Below are positions 28,465 to 37,254 of a stretch of 49,012 bases of DNA, one piece after another (within the stretch, counting starts at the first letter, position 1; each line of letters starts with the position of its first letter). The stretch is from an uncultured Thiobacillus sp. (GTDB lineage: Bacteria; Pseudomonadota; Gammaproteobacteria; Burkholderiales; Thiobacillaceae): positions 1 through 49,012 of the forward strand of contig CAZOVQ010000001.1 in assembly GCA_964583195.1 (NCBI GenBank), given 5' to 3'. Position numbers and translations under genes: made by a program. The notes under the pieces are model-generated. The model saw only the letters and a list, made by a program, of their open reading frames with translations, was not told the DNA's origin and made no database searches.

Positions 28465-28713
28465 TCAGCCGAGCTTGCGCGCGATGAAATCGGCCAGGGT
28501 GCCGACGGTCTCGAAAAGTTCGGCGACGATTTCGTTGTCGCCCACGGCAGCGCCGGTTTGCGCTTCGATGGCGGCGACGATTCCCACCACGGTCAGCGAA
28601 TTGAATTCCGGAAAGGCCCCCATCAGGAACGAATCACGCGTCAGGGCGTCGGCCCTGGTATCCAGTTGCAGCTGCACACGCAGGATGTCACGGGTCAGTT
28701 CGAGCGGGTCCAT
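28465..28713 (-). CDS. Acyl carrier protein (copy 1)
   Basis: 82 aa, acidic, LMGAFPEFNSL (Ser39), FETVGTLADFI. Confidence 0.85.
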   Translation of the reverse strand: MDPLELTRDILRVQLQLDTRADALTRDSFLMGAFPEFNSLTVVGIVAAIEAQTGAAVGDNEIVAELFETVGTLADFIARKLG

Positions 28714-28742
28714 GGCTGGAAAATACAGAAAGCATCTGATGA

Positions 28743-28991
28743 TTATGCCATCTTCGATGCAATGAAATCGCAGAAGGCGCCGGCGGTCTCGAAGATGTCG
28801 GCGCTGATCTCGTCGTCGGCGACCGCGCAGCCGCACGCCTCCTCGATGGCGGCGATGAGGCCGACGACGGACAGCGAGTTGAATTCGGGCAGCGCGCCCA
28901 TGAGCGGCGATTCCCGGGTGAGCTGCTCGGCGCGCGCGCCCAATTGCAGGTTGGCGCGAAGAATGTCGCGTGCGAGTTCGAAAGTGTCCAT
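28743..28991 (-). CDS. Acyl carrier protein (copy 2)
   Basis: 82 aa, LMGALPEFNSL (Ser39), FETAGAFCDFI. Confidence 0.87.
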   Translation of the reverse strand: MDTFELARDILRANLQLGARAEQLTRESPLMGALPEFNSLSVVGLIAAIEEACGCAVADDEISADIFETAGAFCDFIASKMA

Positions 28992-29023
28992 GTTCTTTTC
29001 GCGGGTCGGGTGGAAGTGGATAA

Positions 29024-29791
29024 TCAGTCGTGGCGGCTCTTGTGCTTGTGGAACGCGTCTTTGAGCACCATGTCGCGTTCGGGATAGCCGACGAAGCTCA
29101 GGATGGCTTTCTGGCCTTCGGGGCGGCTCATGGCGGAAATGTCGAAAATCCTGAAATTGTCCGGGTGGGCGGCAGCCAGTTGCCCGGCGCGGCGATAGTA
29201 GTACTCCCAGTATTGCTCGATGGCATCGCGCTTGTTCGCCGCCCGGAACTTGGGGAAGGTCTTGTCCCATACCGGATCGGTTTGCCAGACGCTGCCATCG
29301 TGTTCCATCCAGTAGTTGTACTCGCGGTGAAAGGGGGTGCGCGTGAGCCAGGCCTTGATCCGGTCGGCCAGCCACAGCGAGCGCCACCGGCCGACGGTCG
29401 ATTTCTTTAGCCAGCTTTCCACGGTCTGAGTCTTGTCGCGCTTGATGCAGACGAACTTGACGCCGGCGTTGACAGCGAGAATGTCCTCGACATAGTTGAG
29501 GTAGTAGAACGCGATGTCGCCGAGCAGGCGCACGGTCTCCATTTTCTGGAGTTTCGCGTAGGTATCCACGGAAGCGGGGCGGGCGTAGTCGATCGCGAGC
29601 AGGCGTCTGTCGCCGCCATCGAGGATGGCCTGGAATTCGGCGATGGTGTTCAGCATCGGCTGCGGATTGCCGTCGAACACCGCGCCGCTGGGGTTGAGCT
29701 CATGAAAGCACAGCCCGCCGGGCTGGCTGTCGAAGAGGTGGGCGAGCGAGGCGGTTCCGGTGCGGCCGGAACCGAGTCCAATGACGATCAT
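29024..29791 (-). CDS. Sulfotransferase-like P-loop protein
   Basis: N-terminal GLGSGRTGTASL resembles the 5'-PSB PAPS loop; FHE; KRD....VESW resembles the 3'-PB motif. Confidence 0.7.
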   Translation of the reverse strand: MIVIGLGSGRTGTASLAHLFDSQPGGLCFHELNPSGAVFDGNPQPMLNTIAEFQAILDGGDRRLLAIDYARPASVDTYAKLQKMETVRLLGDIAFYYLNYVEDILAVNAGVKFVCIKRDKTQTVESWLKKSTVGRWRSLWLADRIKAWLTRTPFHREYNYWMEHDGSVWQTDPVWDKTFPKFRAANKRDAIEQYWEYYYRRAGQLAAAHPDNFRIFDISAMSRPEGQKAILSFVGYPERDMVLKDAFHKHKSRHD

Positions 29792-30786
29792 GGGCGACCC
29801 CTGGAGCAGGAAGACGGATCGGAAGTACGACCGAGCGCGGCAAGGCCCAGTACGACGCAGCGCGCCAGCCACTTGAAACCAAAGCGCAGCGCCAGCGCCT
29901 GCCGCGCATAGAGCCAGGCCTCGCGCGGCCGTCCGCCGCGCGCCAGGGACTCGGCCAAATGCCGGTAGGTGACGGCCTGTATCGCGGCGGCGGCACGGCG
30001 AATCGCGGGCGCGCGGGCGTACAGGAGCGCCTTGTCCATGACGGCGGCGCGGAAACGGAGCTTCTGCATTGCGCCGACCGAGGTGGAGGCATTGCTCGTC
30101 TTCGTCGGGTCGGGAACGTTGTGCCGGGAGACGAAGCCGGGGTAATAGCGAATGCCGGCAGCGCGGTCGGCCAGGCGCAGATACATGTCCCATTCGCATT
30201 CGTAACGTATGGTTTCGTCCATGCCGCCCACCGCCTCGTAAAGCGTGCGCCGCACGAGCGTGTTGTTCAGATGCGGAAAACCGTGCAGTTGCATCAGCAG
30301 GTCGAGCGTGACCGGGTATGCGCCCTGTGCGTCGGGTTCGGCCTCGCGGCGGATGGCGGGAATCAGGCTTTCGAGCCAGAGTGGCGTCTCGACGGCGGTT
30401 TCGCCGATGCAGGCACGTTGGGTGCTCAGATACAGGTCGGCATCCGGCGCCGCTGAAAGCGTGCGCCAGGCGCGGTCGAGATGTTCGGGGTCGGTCCAGC
30501 TGTCGTCGTCGTCGAGAAAGCCGAGGAAAAATCCCGCCGCCTGTTCGGCGCCCCGGTTGATCGCATAGCTGGGACCATGTCCGTTCGCCGTGCGCGCCAG
30601 ACGGATGAGACGGATGCGCCCGGACAGCGCGGCGACGTTCCGGTAGGCCGCGTCGTGTGCGGCATCGCTGCCATCGTCGACGATGAGAATCTCGAACGCG
30701 GCGTGCGTCTGCGCCAGCACGGATCGCACGGCGGCGTCCAGCAGGGCCGGGCGGTTGCGGGAGGGGATGACGATGCTGAAATTCAT
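29788..30786 (-). CDS. GT2 glycosyltransferase
   Basis: MNFSIVIPSRNR, VDDGS, FLDDDDSW. Confidence 0.9.
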   Translation of the reverse strand: MNFSIVIPSRNRPALLDAAVRSVLAQTHAAFEILIVDDGSDAAHDAAYRNVAALSGRIRLIRLARTANGHGPSYAINRGAEQAAGFFLGFLDDDDSWTDPEHLDRAWRTLSAAPDADLYLSTQRACIGETAVETPLWLESLIPAIRREAEPDAQGAYPVTLDLLMQLHGFPHLNNTLVRRTLYEAVGGMDETIRYECEWDMYLRLADRAAGIRYYPGFVSRHNVPDPTKTSNASTSVGAMQKLRFRAAVMDKALLYARAPAIRRAAAAIQAVTYRHLAESLARGGRPREAWLYARQALALRFGFKWLARCVVLGLAALGRTSDPSSCSRGRP

Positions 30787-32582
30787 GTTGGCCTGATGCG
30801 CCGTTCCGGATGAGTGTGCGACTGTGATGCGGCAGCAGTCTGACGGGCAACGAGCCGGCCGACGCAGGCACGAACCTGGTGAAAACAGCGTTCGTAGACT
30901 GCGCGTGGCTGCCCGTAAGGGTCGGCGATTTCCCCCAGGGGAACACGGCTTTCGTCGGCAAGGCCAAGCAGAAAGGTCTTGCGCGTGGCCCCCGGATAGG
31001 CCCGTGCGATGCGCCGCAGGTGTCGCAGTTCCATGACGAAAATGAGGTCGGCCTGCTCCACCATGGTGGAGTCGAGGGTGCGCGACACGCAGCCATCCAT
31101 GTTCACGCCGTGTTCGCGCGCCAGCGCGACCATGACAGGATCGGCAGGCCGTCCGGCGCGTTCGTGGAACCCGGCCGAGACCGGGAAATTCCCTGCACGC
31201 GCGCCCGGTTTTCCTTCTTGCAGGTAGCACTGCTCGGCAAGCGCGCTGCGGTTGATGTTGCCGTGGCAGACGAAAAGCAGTGTCTTCGCCTCGGCCAGGC
31301 TGCGCGCGACCTCGGCCTTCCGCCAGCGTGCACGCTGCCGGCGCAGCAGCAGCCGGTCGCGCAGGCGACCGCTGGCGCGCTGCCAGTACAGCCTTGCGAT
31401 GCGCCCGAGATCGACCAGACCGGGCACGGGGTCGCCCAGGCTTTGCACGTCGAAGCGATGCCGCGGCGACAGCAACAGCGCAAGGCTATGGCGCAGTTCG
31501 CGCCGGCCCGGCGGCGGCGGCAGCCCGGCGGGAAGGCTGGCGCCGCGCAGCACCTGTTCGTGCCAGTACAGGTCGGCGGAAAGCTTGCGGCAGACGATGC
31601 CGGTTGTTGCGGGGGGCCGGGGAGCGATGCGCCCCTGCGTCGCCAGTTCGAACAGCATGGCCGGAAAGTCGGCACCCGCCGCCAGCGCCAGCGGCAGCGA
31701 GCCCCAGAAGCGTCCGTTGATTTCCATCAGGCGGTAGGCGCGGGTGGCCGGGTTCCATTTGAACTCGACCATGGCGACGCCGTGCCAGTCCAGCGCGGCG
31801 ATCAGCCTGCCGGCGGCTTCGAGCAACACTGGTTCGACGGCAACGGACTTGCGCAGGCTGCTGCCGCCGCCGGTCAGCGGAATTTCGTGCAGGCGCAGGT
31901 GCTGGAAGGCGTAGACGATCTTGCCGCGCGCGGCGATGAGTTCGATGCCGACGCCCTGACCGGCGAAATATTCCTGCAGGATGACTTCGCCGAAACGCAA
32001 GGCGTATTCGACCTTGCGTTCGAGGTCGGCGGCATCGAACGCGTAATCGACCGCCAATGACACTGCGCCCGTCTGCGTCGATCCGATGGAAGACGCGGGT
32101 TTGACGACGACCGGAAAGGCCAGGCCGCGCGCGGCCTCGGCCAGCCTCGCCGCGTCGCGCACGTTTGCGCCGCGCGGGACGGGAATGTCGAGCTGGCGCG
32201 CCAGATCGAAGGTACGGGTCTTGTCGAATGCGACGGCCAGGCTGGCGTTGTCCGGCAAGGCAAGCGGCAGGCCATCGAGTTCGTGTCGATGCCGGAAGCA
32301 GGGGCGCGCCGTGCGCTCGCTCACCGGAACGACGAGCGCATAGCCTGCCTGCCGCGCGATGCGCACAAGCCAGGCGACGAAGGCCGCCTCATCCCGCATC
32401 GGGTCGGGGCAGTCCACCGTGTGCGCGACGTGGCGCGACCAGCGGGCGAGTGTGTCGGGCAGCGGGCTGGCAACCGTCACTTCCAAGCCGTATCGTCCAA
32501 GCGAGCGGGCGACGCTGAGCGCGGGAACGATGTCCCCATCCAGAATCAGCACCTTGCGGTCATGTGCGGCAGACGGTTTCAT
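30783..32582 (-). CDS. ATP-grasp ligase fused to a low-molecular-weight protein-tyrosine-phosphatase domain
   Basis: FPVVVKP, LQEYFAG, MVEFK, MEINGRFWGS (ATP-grasp); C-terminal FVCHGNINRS (CX5R), SAG and IADPYG. Confidence 0.85.
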   Translation of the reverse strand: MKPSAAHDRKVLILDGDIVPALSVARSLGRYGLEVTVASPLPDTLARWSRHVAHTVDCPDPMRDEAAFVAWLVRIARQAGYALVVPVSERTARPCFRHRHELDGLPLALPDNASLAVAFDKTRTFDLARQLDIPVPRGANVRDAARLAEAARGLAFPVVVKPASSIGSTQTGAVSLAVDYAFDAADLERKVEYALRFGEVILQEYFAGQGVGIELIAARGKIVYAFQHLRLHEIPLTGGGSSLRKSVAVEPVLLEAAGRLIAALDWHGVAMVEFKWNPATRAYRLMEINGRFWGSLPLALAAGADFPAMLFELATQGRIAPRPPATTGIVCRKLSADLYWHEQVLRGASLPAGLPPPPGRRELRHSLALLLSPRHRFDVQSLGDPVPGLVDLGRIARLYWQRASGRLRDRLLLRRQRARWRKAEVARSLAEAKTLLFVCHGNINRSALAEQCYLQEGKPGARAGNFPVSAGFHERAGRPADPVMVALAREHGVNMDGCVSRTLDSTMVEQADLIFVMELRHLRRIARAYPGATRKTFLLGLADESRVPLGEIADPYGQPRAVYERCFHQVRACVGRLVARQTAAASQSHTHPERRIRPT

Positions 32583-32586
32583 GCGC

Positions 32587-34083
32587 TCAGCGGGCGGCAC
32601 GCTTGCCGAAAACGAGATTCAACGCCAGACTTTCCAGACCTGCCGGCCGGCGCACGGCCACCCAGAGGAGGAGCGAGACGGCGACGTAGGCAAGCGCCCC
32701 CGCCAGAGACTTTGACAGCAGGAGTCCCAGGGGTGATTCGATGGCGTGCACAGGCAGATGCGTGACCCCCCAAACCATGGCAGCGCAGGCGGCGAGTGGA
32801 CGCCAGAGCATGCCCGGCAGGGCGGAAGCCGGAAGACGGACGTGACGACGCGAGCATTCGAACAGCAGCGCGACCTCGACTGCAGCGAGCAGGGTTTTCA
32901 GATGGATGACGCCCATGAGTCCCTGGGCGCGGTACGCGAAATAGAAACCGGCGAAGTAGACGAGGGTGCGCACGACCCCGATTCGGGCGGAACGGGCGAC
33001 GAGACCGACCATGGCCATGAAGCTCGTGAGCGTTTCGGACAGCGAGAAGAACATATAGAAAAAACCGAACAGCGCGACCAGACCAATGGCCGCTTCCCAT
33101 TGCCAGCCCAGCAGGACGCGTACCAGTTCCGGCGCCACCAGCCATACGCCCGTCGCGGCCGGAAGGGTGAGCGCGAAAAGCACGCCGAGCGATTGCGCGA
33201 AGGCGGCGCGCAGCCGATCCGGTTCGGATTGCAGTTTGGCGAAGCCCGGCATCAGCGCCGTGCCGACGGGCGCCAGCAATTCGACGGTGACGATGCTGGC
33301 GAGACTACCGGCGACGTTGTAGTGGCCGAGCGACGCCTTGCCGGTGAGGCCGGAGAGCAGGAACTTGTCGGAGACGTTGAACAGCTGGCGCGCCATATTG
33401 GCGAGCAGCACCCAGCGCGAAAAATTCCAGATTGCGCGCGCGCCACGAAAATGCAGGCGCGGCCGAAAGGGTGACAGGGCATAGCTGAAGGCAACGGAAT
33501 ACAGCGTATAGAGCAACGTGCCGATGACGATGGCCCAATACGAACGGAAAATGACCGCCAGCACCACGGTGGTGACGACCGAGAGCAGACGCGGATAGAA
33601 ATTGAAGCGGAACAGCCGCGAAAAATCGAGTTCCTTCTGGAAATCGACCGTGCCGACGTTGCGCAGCCCGCCAAGCACGATCGACACGGCCATGACCAGG
33701 CAGACGACGAGCACTTCCGGAGCGTCGGCGTAGCGCGCGACCAGCGGCGAAGCCAGTGCGACGAGTGTGCCGAAGATGCACATGTTGGCGAGACGCAGCG
33801 ACCAGACCAAATCGTAGTCCTCGCGGGTGGCGTTCTTGTTCTTGATGAGCGCGAGGTCGAAGCCGAAATCGAAAAAGGCGTCGATGATGCCAATGAGGCC
33901 GACGGCGATGGCGACGATGCCGAAATCCTCCGGCGTGAGCAGGCGCGCCAGCACCATGGTGCTGGCCAGCCCCAGGAGGCGCGACGACCACTTGACCGCC
34001 ACCATCCAAGCCGCGCCGGCGATGACCCGGCGTTTCAGTGAAGGCGGGGCCGGCGCGGCGGTGTCCACGTGCTCAGGCTGCAT
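32587..34083 (-). CDS. Wzx-type (PST/MOP) oligosaccharide flippase
   Basis: LARLLTPEDFG, KELDF, LGHYNVA, many TM segments. Confidence 0.88.
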   Translation of the reverse strand: MQPEHVDTAAPAPPSLKRRVIAGAAWMVAVKWSSRLLGLASTMVLARLLTPEDFGIVAIAVGLIGIIDAFFDFGFDLALIKNKNATREDYDLVWSLRLANMCIFGTLVALASPLVARYADAPEVLVVCLVMAVSIVLGGLRNVGTVDFQKELDFSRLFRFNFYPRLLSVVTTVVLAVIFRSYWAIVIGTLLYTLYSVAFSYALSPFRPRLHFRGARAIWNFSRWVLLANMARQLFNVSDKFLLSGLTGKASLGHYNVAGSLASIVTVELLAPVGTALMPGFAKLQSEPDRLRAAFAQSLGVLFALTLPAATGVWLVAPELVRVLLGWQWEAAIGLVALFGFFYMFFSLSETLTSFMAMVGLVARSARIGVVRTLVYFAGFYFAYRAQGLMGVIHLKTLLAAVEVALLFECSRRHVRLPASALPGMLWRPLAACAAMVWGVTHLPVHAIESPLGLLLSKSLAGALAYVAVSLLLWVAVRRPAGLESLALNLVFGKRAAR

Positions 34084-34107
34084 GGGCCGTGGGGAGATCG
34101 ACAGCTT

Positions 34108-34123
34108 TGTCACGGATACGACA
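34108..34123. promoter_or_regulatory. Enhancer-like palindrome TGTC-N8-GACA
   Basis: TGTCACGGATACGACA is TGT-N10-ACA and ends 62 nt upstream of the sigma54 site at 34186. Confidence 0.55.
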
Positions 34124-34185
34124 GGCGACGCGGCAGGCGGCGCACGCGGAGCAGGTCGCTGAAGGAAGTTTATGCACGATAATCC

Positions 34186-34201
34186 TGGCTTCTTTCTTGC
34201 T
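34186..34201 (+). promoter_or_regulatory. sigma54 promoter of the ligase-decarboxylase operon
   Basis: TGGCTT-CTTTC-TTGCT with correct GG/GC spacing. Confidence 0.6.
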
Positions 34202-34249
34202 GAACAAACGCGGCGGAATGTTACGCCAACTGCACTGGAGATAGGGTCT

Positions 34250-35836
34250 GTGACGGTTTCGATACACGATTTCATCAGTACGAGCGCGCTGCGTGCGCCG
34301 CACACCCCGGCGCTGTCCGACCGGGGAAGCACGCTCGACTACGCAGCCCTGGAGCAAGAAATCGGCCAGGCGTCCAACCTGTTCGGCGCCCTGGGTCTGG
34401 GCCGATCGGAGCGCGTGGCGGTCTGGCTCGACAAGCGCATCGAAACCACGGTCGCCTTGTTCGGCGCGGCGGCGGCAGGCGGCGTGTTCGTCCCGGTCAA
34501 CCCCGCGCTCAAGGCCGAGCAGGCCGCGCACATCCTCGCCGACTGCAACACCCGGATTCTGGTGACCTCGCCCGAACGCCTGGCCATGCTGACGGAGCTG
34601 CTGCCGGGCTGCCACGACCTCTTTGCGATCGTCGTGGTCGGCGCGCCGCCGGAATCCGCGCCCCCCGGACTGGCGCTTGCAAACTGGGACGACCGGCGCA
34701 CTGCGGCGGCGCATCGTCCGCCGCGCGTCATCGATGCCGACATGGCGGCGATCCTCTATACCTCGGGCAGCACCGGGCGTCCCAAGGGCGTGGTGCTGTC
34801 GCACCGCAATCTCACCGCGGGCGCGGAGAGCGTGTCGCACTACCTGGGCAATACGGCGGACGACCGTATACTCTCCGTGTTGCCACTGTCCTTCGATTAC
34901 GGCCTGTCGCAGCTGACCACCGCCTTTCGCGTGGGCGCGAGCGTGGTGCTGATGAACTACCTGCTGCCGCGCGACGTGATCCGTGCCGTCGAGCGGGAAA
35001 GAATCACCGGGCTTGCCGCCGTGCCGCCGCTGTGGATTCAGCTGGCGCAACTCGACTGGCCGTCGGGCCTGGACACGCATCTGCGCTATTTCACCAACTC
35101 CGGCGGGCACATGCCCCGTGCCACGCTCGACGCGCTGCGCGCGCGTCTGCCGAAAACCCGGCCCTACCTGATGTATGGCCTGACCGAGGCCTTCCGTTCC
35201 ACCTGGCTGCCGCCGGATGAGATCGACCGCCGACCGGATTCCATGGGCCGGGCGATTCCCAACGCGGAAATCCTGGTGGTGCGCGAAGACGGCACTCCCT
35301 GCGCCCCCGGCGAACCGGGCGAGCTGGTGCATCGCGGCGTGCACGTGGCGCAGGGCTACTGGAACGACCCCGAAAAGACCGCCGAGCGCTTCAAGCCGGC
35401 GCCCGGCAGACCCGCGGGCTTGCCGATTGCGGAAACGGCGGTGTGGTCGGGTGATACGGTGAAGATGGACGAGGAGGGCTATCTCTATTTCGTTGGCCGG
35501 CGCGACGAAATGATCAAGACCTCCGGCTACCGTGTGAGTCCGACCGAAGTCGAGGAAGTGGTCTATGCGGCCGGTCAGGTGACCGAGGCGGTGGCGCTGG
35601 GCGTCGCGCATCCGGTGCTGGGACAGGCGGTGGTGCTGGCAACCTACGCGCCGGACAACGACGATGCCCTGAGCCAGGCCGTCCTTGCCGCATGCGTGCA
35701 GCGACTGCCGGGTTTCATGGTTCCGGCGCGGGTCATGGCGTATCGCACGCCTTTGCCACGCAACCCCAACGGCAAGATCGACCGCAAGCAACTGGCGGCA
35801 GGCCTGGCCGGACTGTTCGAGGACCCGCCCGCATGA
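34250..35836 (+). CDS. AMP-forming ligase, exosortase A system-associated (TIGR03098-like adenylation enzyme)
   Basis: YTSGSTGRPKG, LSFDYG, YGLTE, SGD, GRRDEMIKTSG, NGKIDR. GTG 34250 follows GGAG. Confidence 0.9.
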   Translation: MTVSIHDFISTSALRAPHTPALSDRGSTLDYAALEQEIGQASNLFGALGLGRSERVAVWLDKRIETTVALFGAAAAGGVFVPVNPALKAEQAAHILADCNTRILVTSPERLAMLTELLPGCHDLFAIVVVGAPPESAPPGLALANWDDRRTAAAHRPPRVIDADMAAILYTSGSTGRPKGVVLSHRNLTAGAESVSHYLGNTADDRILSVLPLSFDYGLSQLTTAFRVGASVVLMNYLLPRDVIRAVERERITGLAAVPPLWIQLAQLDWPSGLDTHLRYFTNSGGHMPRATLDALRARLPKTRPYLMYGLTEAFRSTWLPPDEIDRRPDSMGRAIPNAEILVVREDGTPCAPGEPGELVHRGVHVAQGYWNDPEKTAERFKPAPGRPAGLPIAETAVWSGDTVKMDEEGYLYFVGRRDEMIKTSGYRVSPTEVEEVVYAAGQVTEAVALGVAHPVLGQAVVLATYAPDNDDALSQAVLAACVQRLPGFMVPARVMAYRTPLPRNPNGKIDRKQLAAGLAGLFEDPPA

Positions 35837-37068
35837 ATGCGCCGCTTCGTCACACCCCGGTCACCGGCTTTGCCGTGAAGGACAACGAACTGTGCGTCGG
35901 CGGCCTGCCGCTCGGGCGGCTGGCCGAGCGCGTCGGCAGCACCCCCTTCTATGCCTACGACCGCGCCCTGCTCGACGCGCGCGTGGCGCGCCTGCGCGCG
36001 GCGCTGCCCGCCGACATTCACCTGCATTACGCCGTCAAGGCCAACCCCATGCCGGCGCTGGTGCAGCACATGGCCAGCCGGGTGGACGGCTTCGACGTGG
36101 CGTCCGGCGGCGAACTCAAAACCGTGCTCGACACGCCCATGTCCCCCGCGCACATCAGTTTCGCCGGGCCGGGCAAGCGCGAGTCCGAACTGCGTCAGGC
36201 CATCGCCGCCGGCATCGTCATCAACCTCGAATCCGGGCGCGAACTCGAACGCATCGCGGCCATCGCCGCCGACGTGGGCGCACGTCCCCGCCTCGCCATG
36301 CGCGTCAATCCCGATTTCGAACTGAAGAGCTCCGGCATGAAAATGGGCGGCGGCGCGAAACAGTTCGGCATAGACGCCGAATGCGTGCCCGGGGTGCTCG
36401 CGCGAATGAAAGCGCTGCCGGTCGAATTCTGGGGATTCCACATTTTTTCCGGTTCGCAGAATCTGCGCGCCGAGGCCATCGCCGAAGCGCAGACCAATAC
36501 CCTCGGCCTCGCGCGCCAACTGGCGACGTCGGCGCCGGCGCCGGTGCGACTCCTGAATCTGGGCGGCGGTTTCGGCATACCGTATTTTCCGGGCGAGGCG
36601 CCGCTCGACCTCGACGCCGTGGGCCGGCATCTTGCCGGACTCATGCCCGGCGCGCGGCGCGATTTTCCCGAGGCCGAATTCGTCGTCGAATTGGGACGGT
36701 ATCTGGTCGGTGAAGCCGGCGTCTACGTCAGCCGCGTGATCGAACGCAAGGAATCGCGCGGCCAGGTTTTCCTCGTCACCGACGGCGGCCTGCATCACCA
36801 TCTCGCCGCCTCCGGCAACTTCGGCCAGGTGGTGCGCAAGAACTATCCGCTGCGCGTCGGCAACTGCGTCGAACCGCCCGACGACGCCGGCACCGCCTCG
36901 GCGGTCGGCCCGCTGTGCACCCCGCTCGACGTGCTGGGCGACCGGATGGCACTGGGGCACGCCCGCGAAGGCGACCTGATCGTGGTGTTCCAGTCCGGCG
37001 CCTACGGACTCACCGCCAGCCCGACCGCATTCCTCGGGCATCCGGCCCCGGTCGAAGTACTGGTCTGA
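35833..37068 (+). CDS. PLP-dependent decarboxylase, exosortase A system-associated (TIGR03099-like; LysA/BtrK fold)
   Basis: YAVKANP (PLP Lys), HIFSGSQ, NLGGGFG, ELGRY, GPLCTPLD, GAYG. Confidence 0.92.
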   Translation: MNAPLRHTPVTGFAVKDNELCVGGLPLGRLAERVGSTPFYAYDRALLDARVARLRAALPADIHLHYAVKANPMPALVQHMASRVDGFDVASGGELKTVLDTPMSPAHISFAGPGKRESELRQAIAAGIVINLESGRELERIAAIAADVGARPRLAMRVNPDFELKSSGMKMGGGAKQFGIDAECVPGVLARMKALPVEFWGFHIFSGSQNLRAEAIAEAQTNTLGLARQLATSAPAPVRLLNLGGGFGIPYFPGEAPLDLDAVGRHLAGLMPGARRDFPEAEFVVELGRYLVGEAGVYVSRVIERKESRGQVFLVTDGGLHHHLAASGNFGQVVRKNYPLRVGNCVEPPDDAGTASAVGPLCTPLDVLGDRMALGHAREGDLIVVFQSGAYGLTASPTAFLGHPAPVEVLV

Positions 37069-37071
37069 CTG

Positions 37072-37120
37072 TCATGGCGACTCGCCGCCGCAAAAAGACG
37101 CCCACGGCGATGTGCCATGA
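37072..37120. terminator. Hairpin between convergent genes
   Basis: TCATGGC..TCGCCG pairs with CGGCGA..GCCATGA immediately after the decarboxylase stop. Confidence 0.45.
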
Positions 37121-37123
37121 GCG

Positions 37124-37222
37124 TTTCTCCCTCCCCGCCCGCAAGGGGTATGCCAGAAGCTGTCCCGCCGCTACGCAGCGACCCTGCAGCAGCCGCGCTT
37201 GTGCGTGCGGGGGACGGGGAAG
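37124..37222. repeat. Imperfect long inverted repeat (REP/MITE-like remnant)
   Basis: TTTCTCCCTCCCCGCCCGCAAG pairs imperfectly with CTTGTGCGTGCGGGGGACGGGGAAG across about 50 nt. Confidence 0.4.
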
Positions 37223-37254
37223 TCCCTTTACATTCGTCAGCGTGAAACAACGCC

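Noticed and set aside
35833..37068. Housekeeping lysA call
   Set aside because: Same fold, but the motifs (HIFSGSQ, GPLCTPLD) and coupling to the adenylation enzyme fit the XrtA-associated/BtrK-like subfamily.
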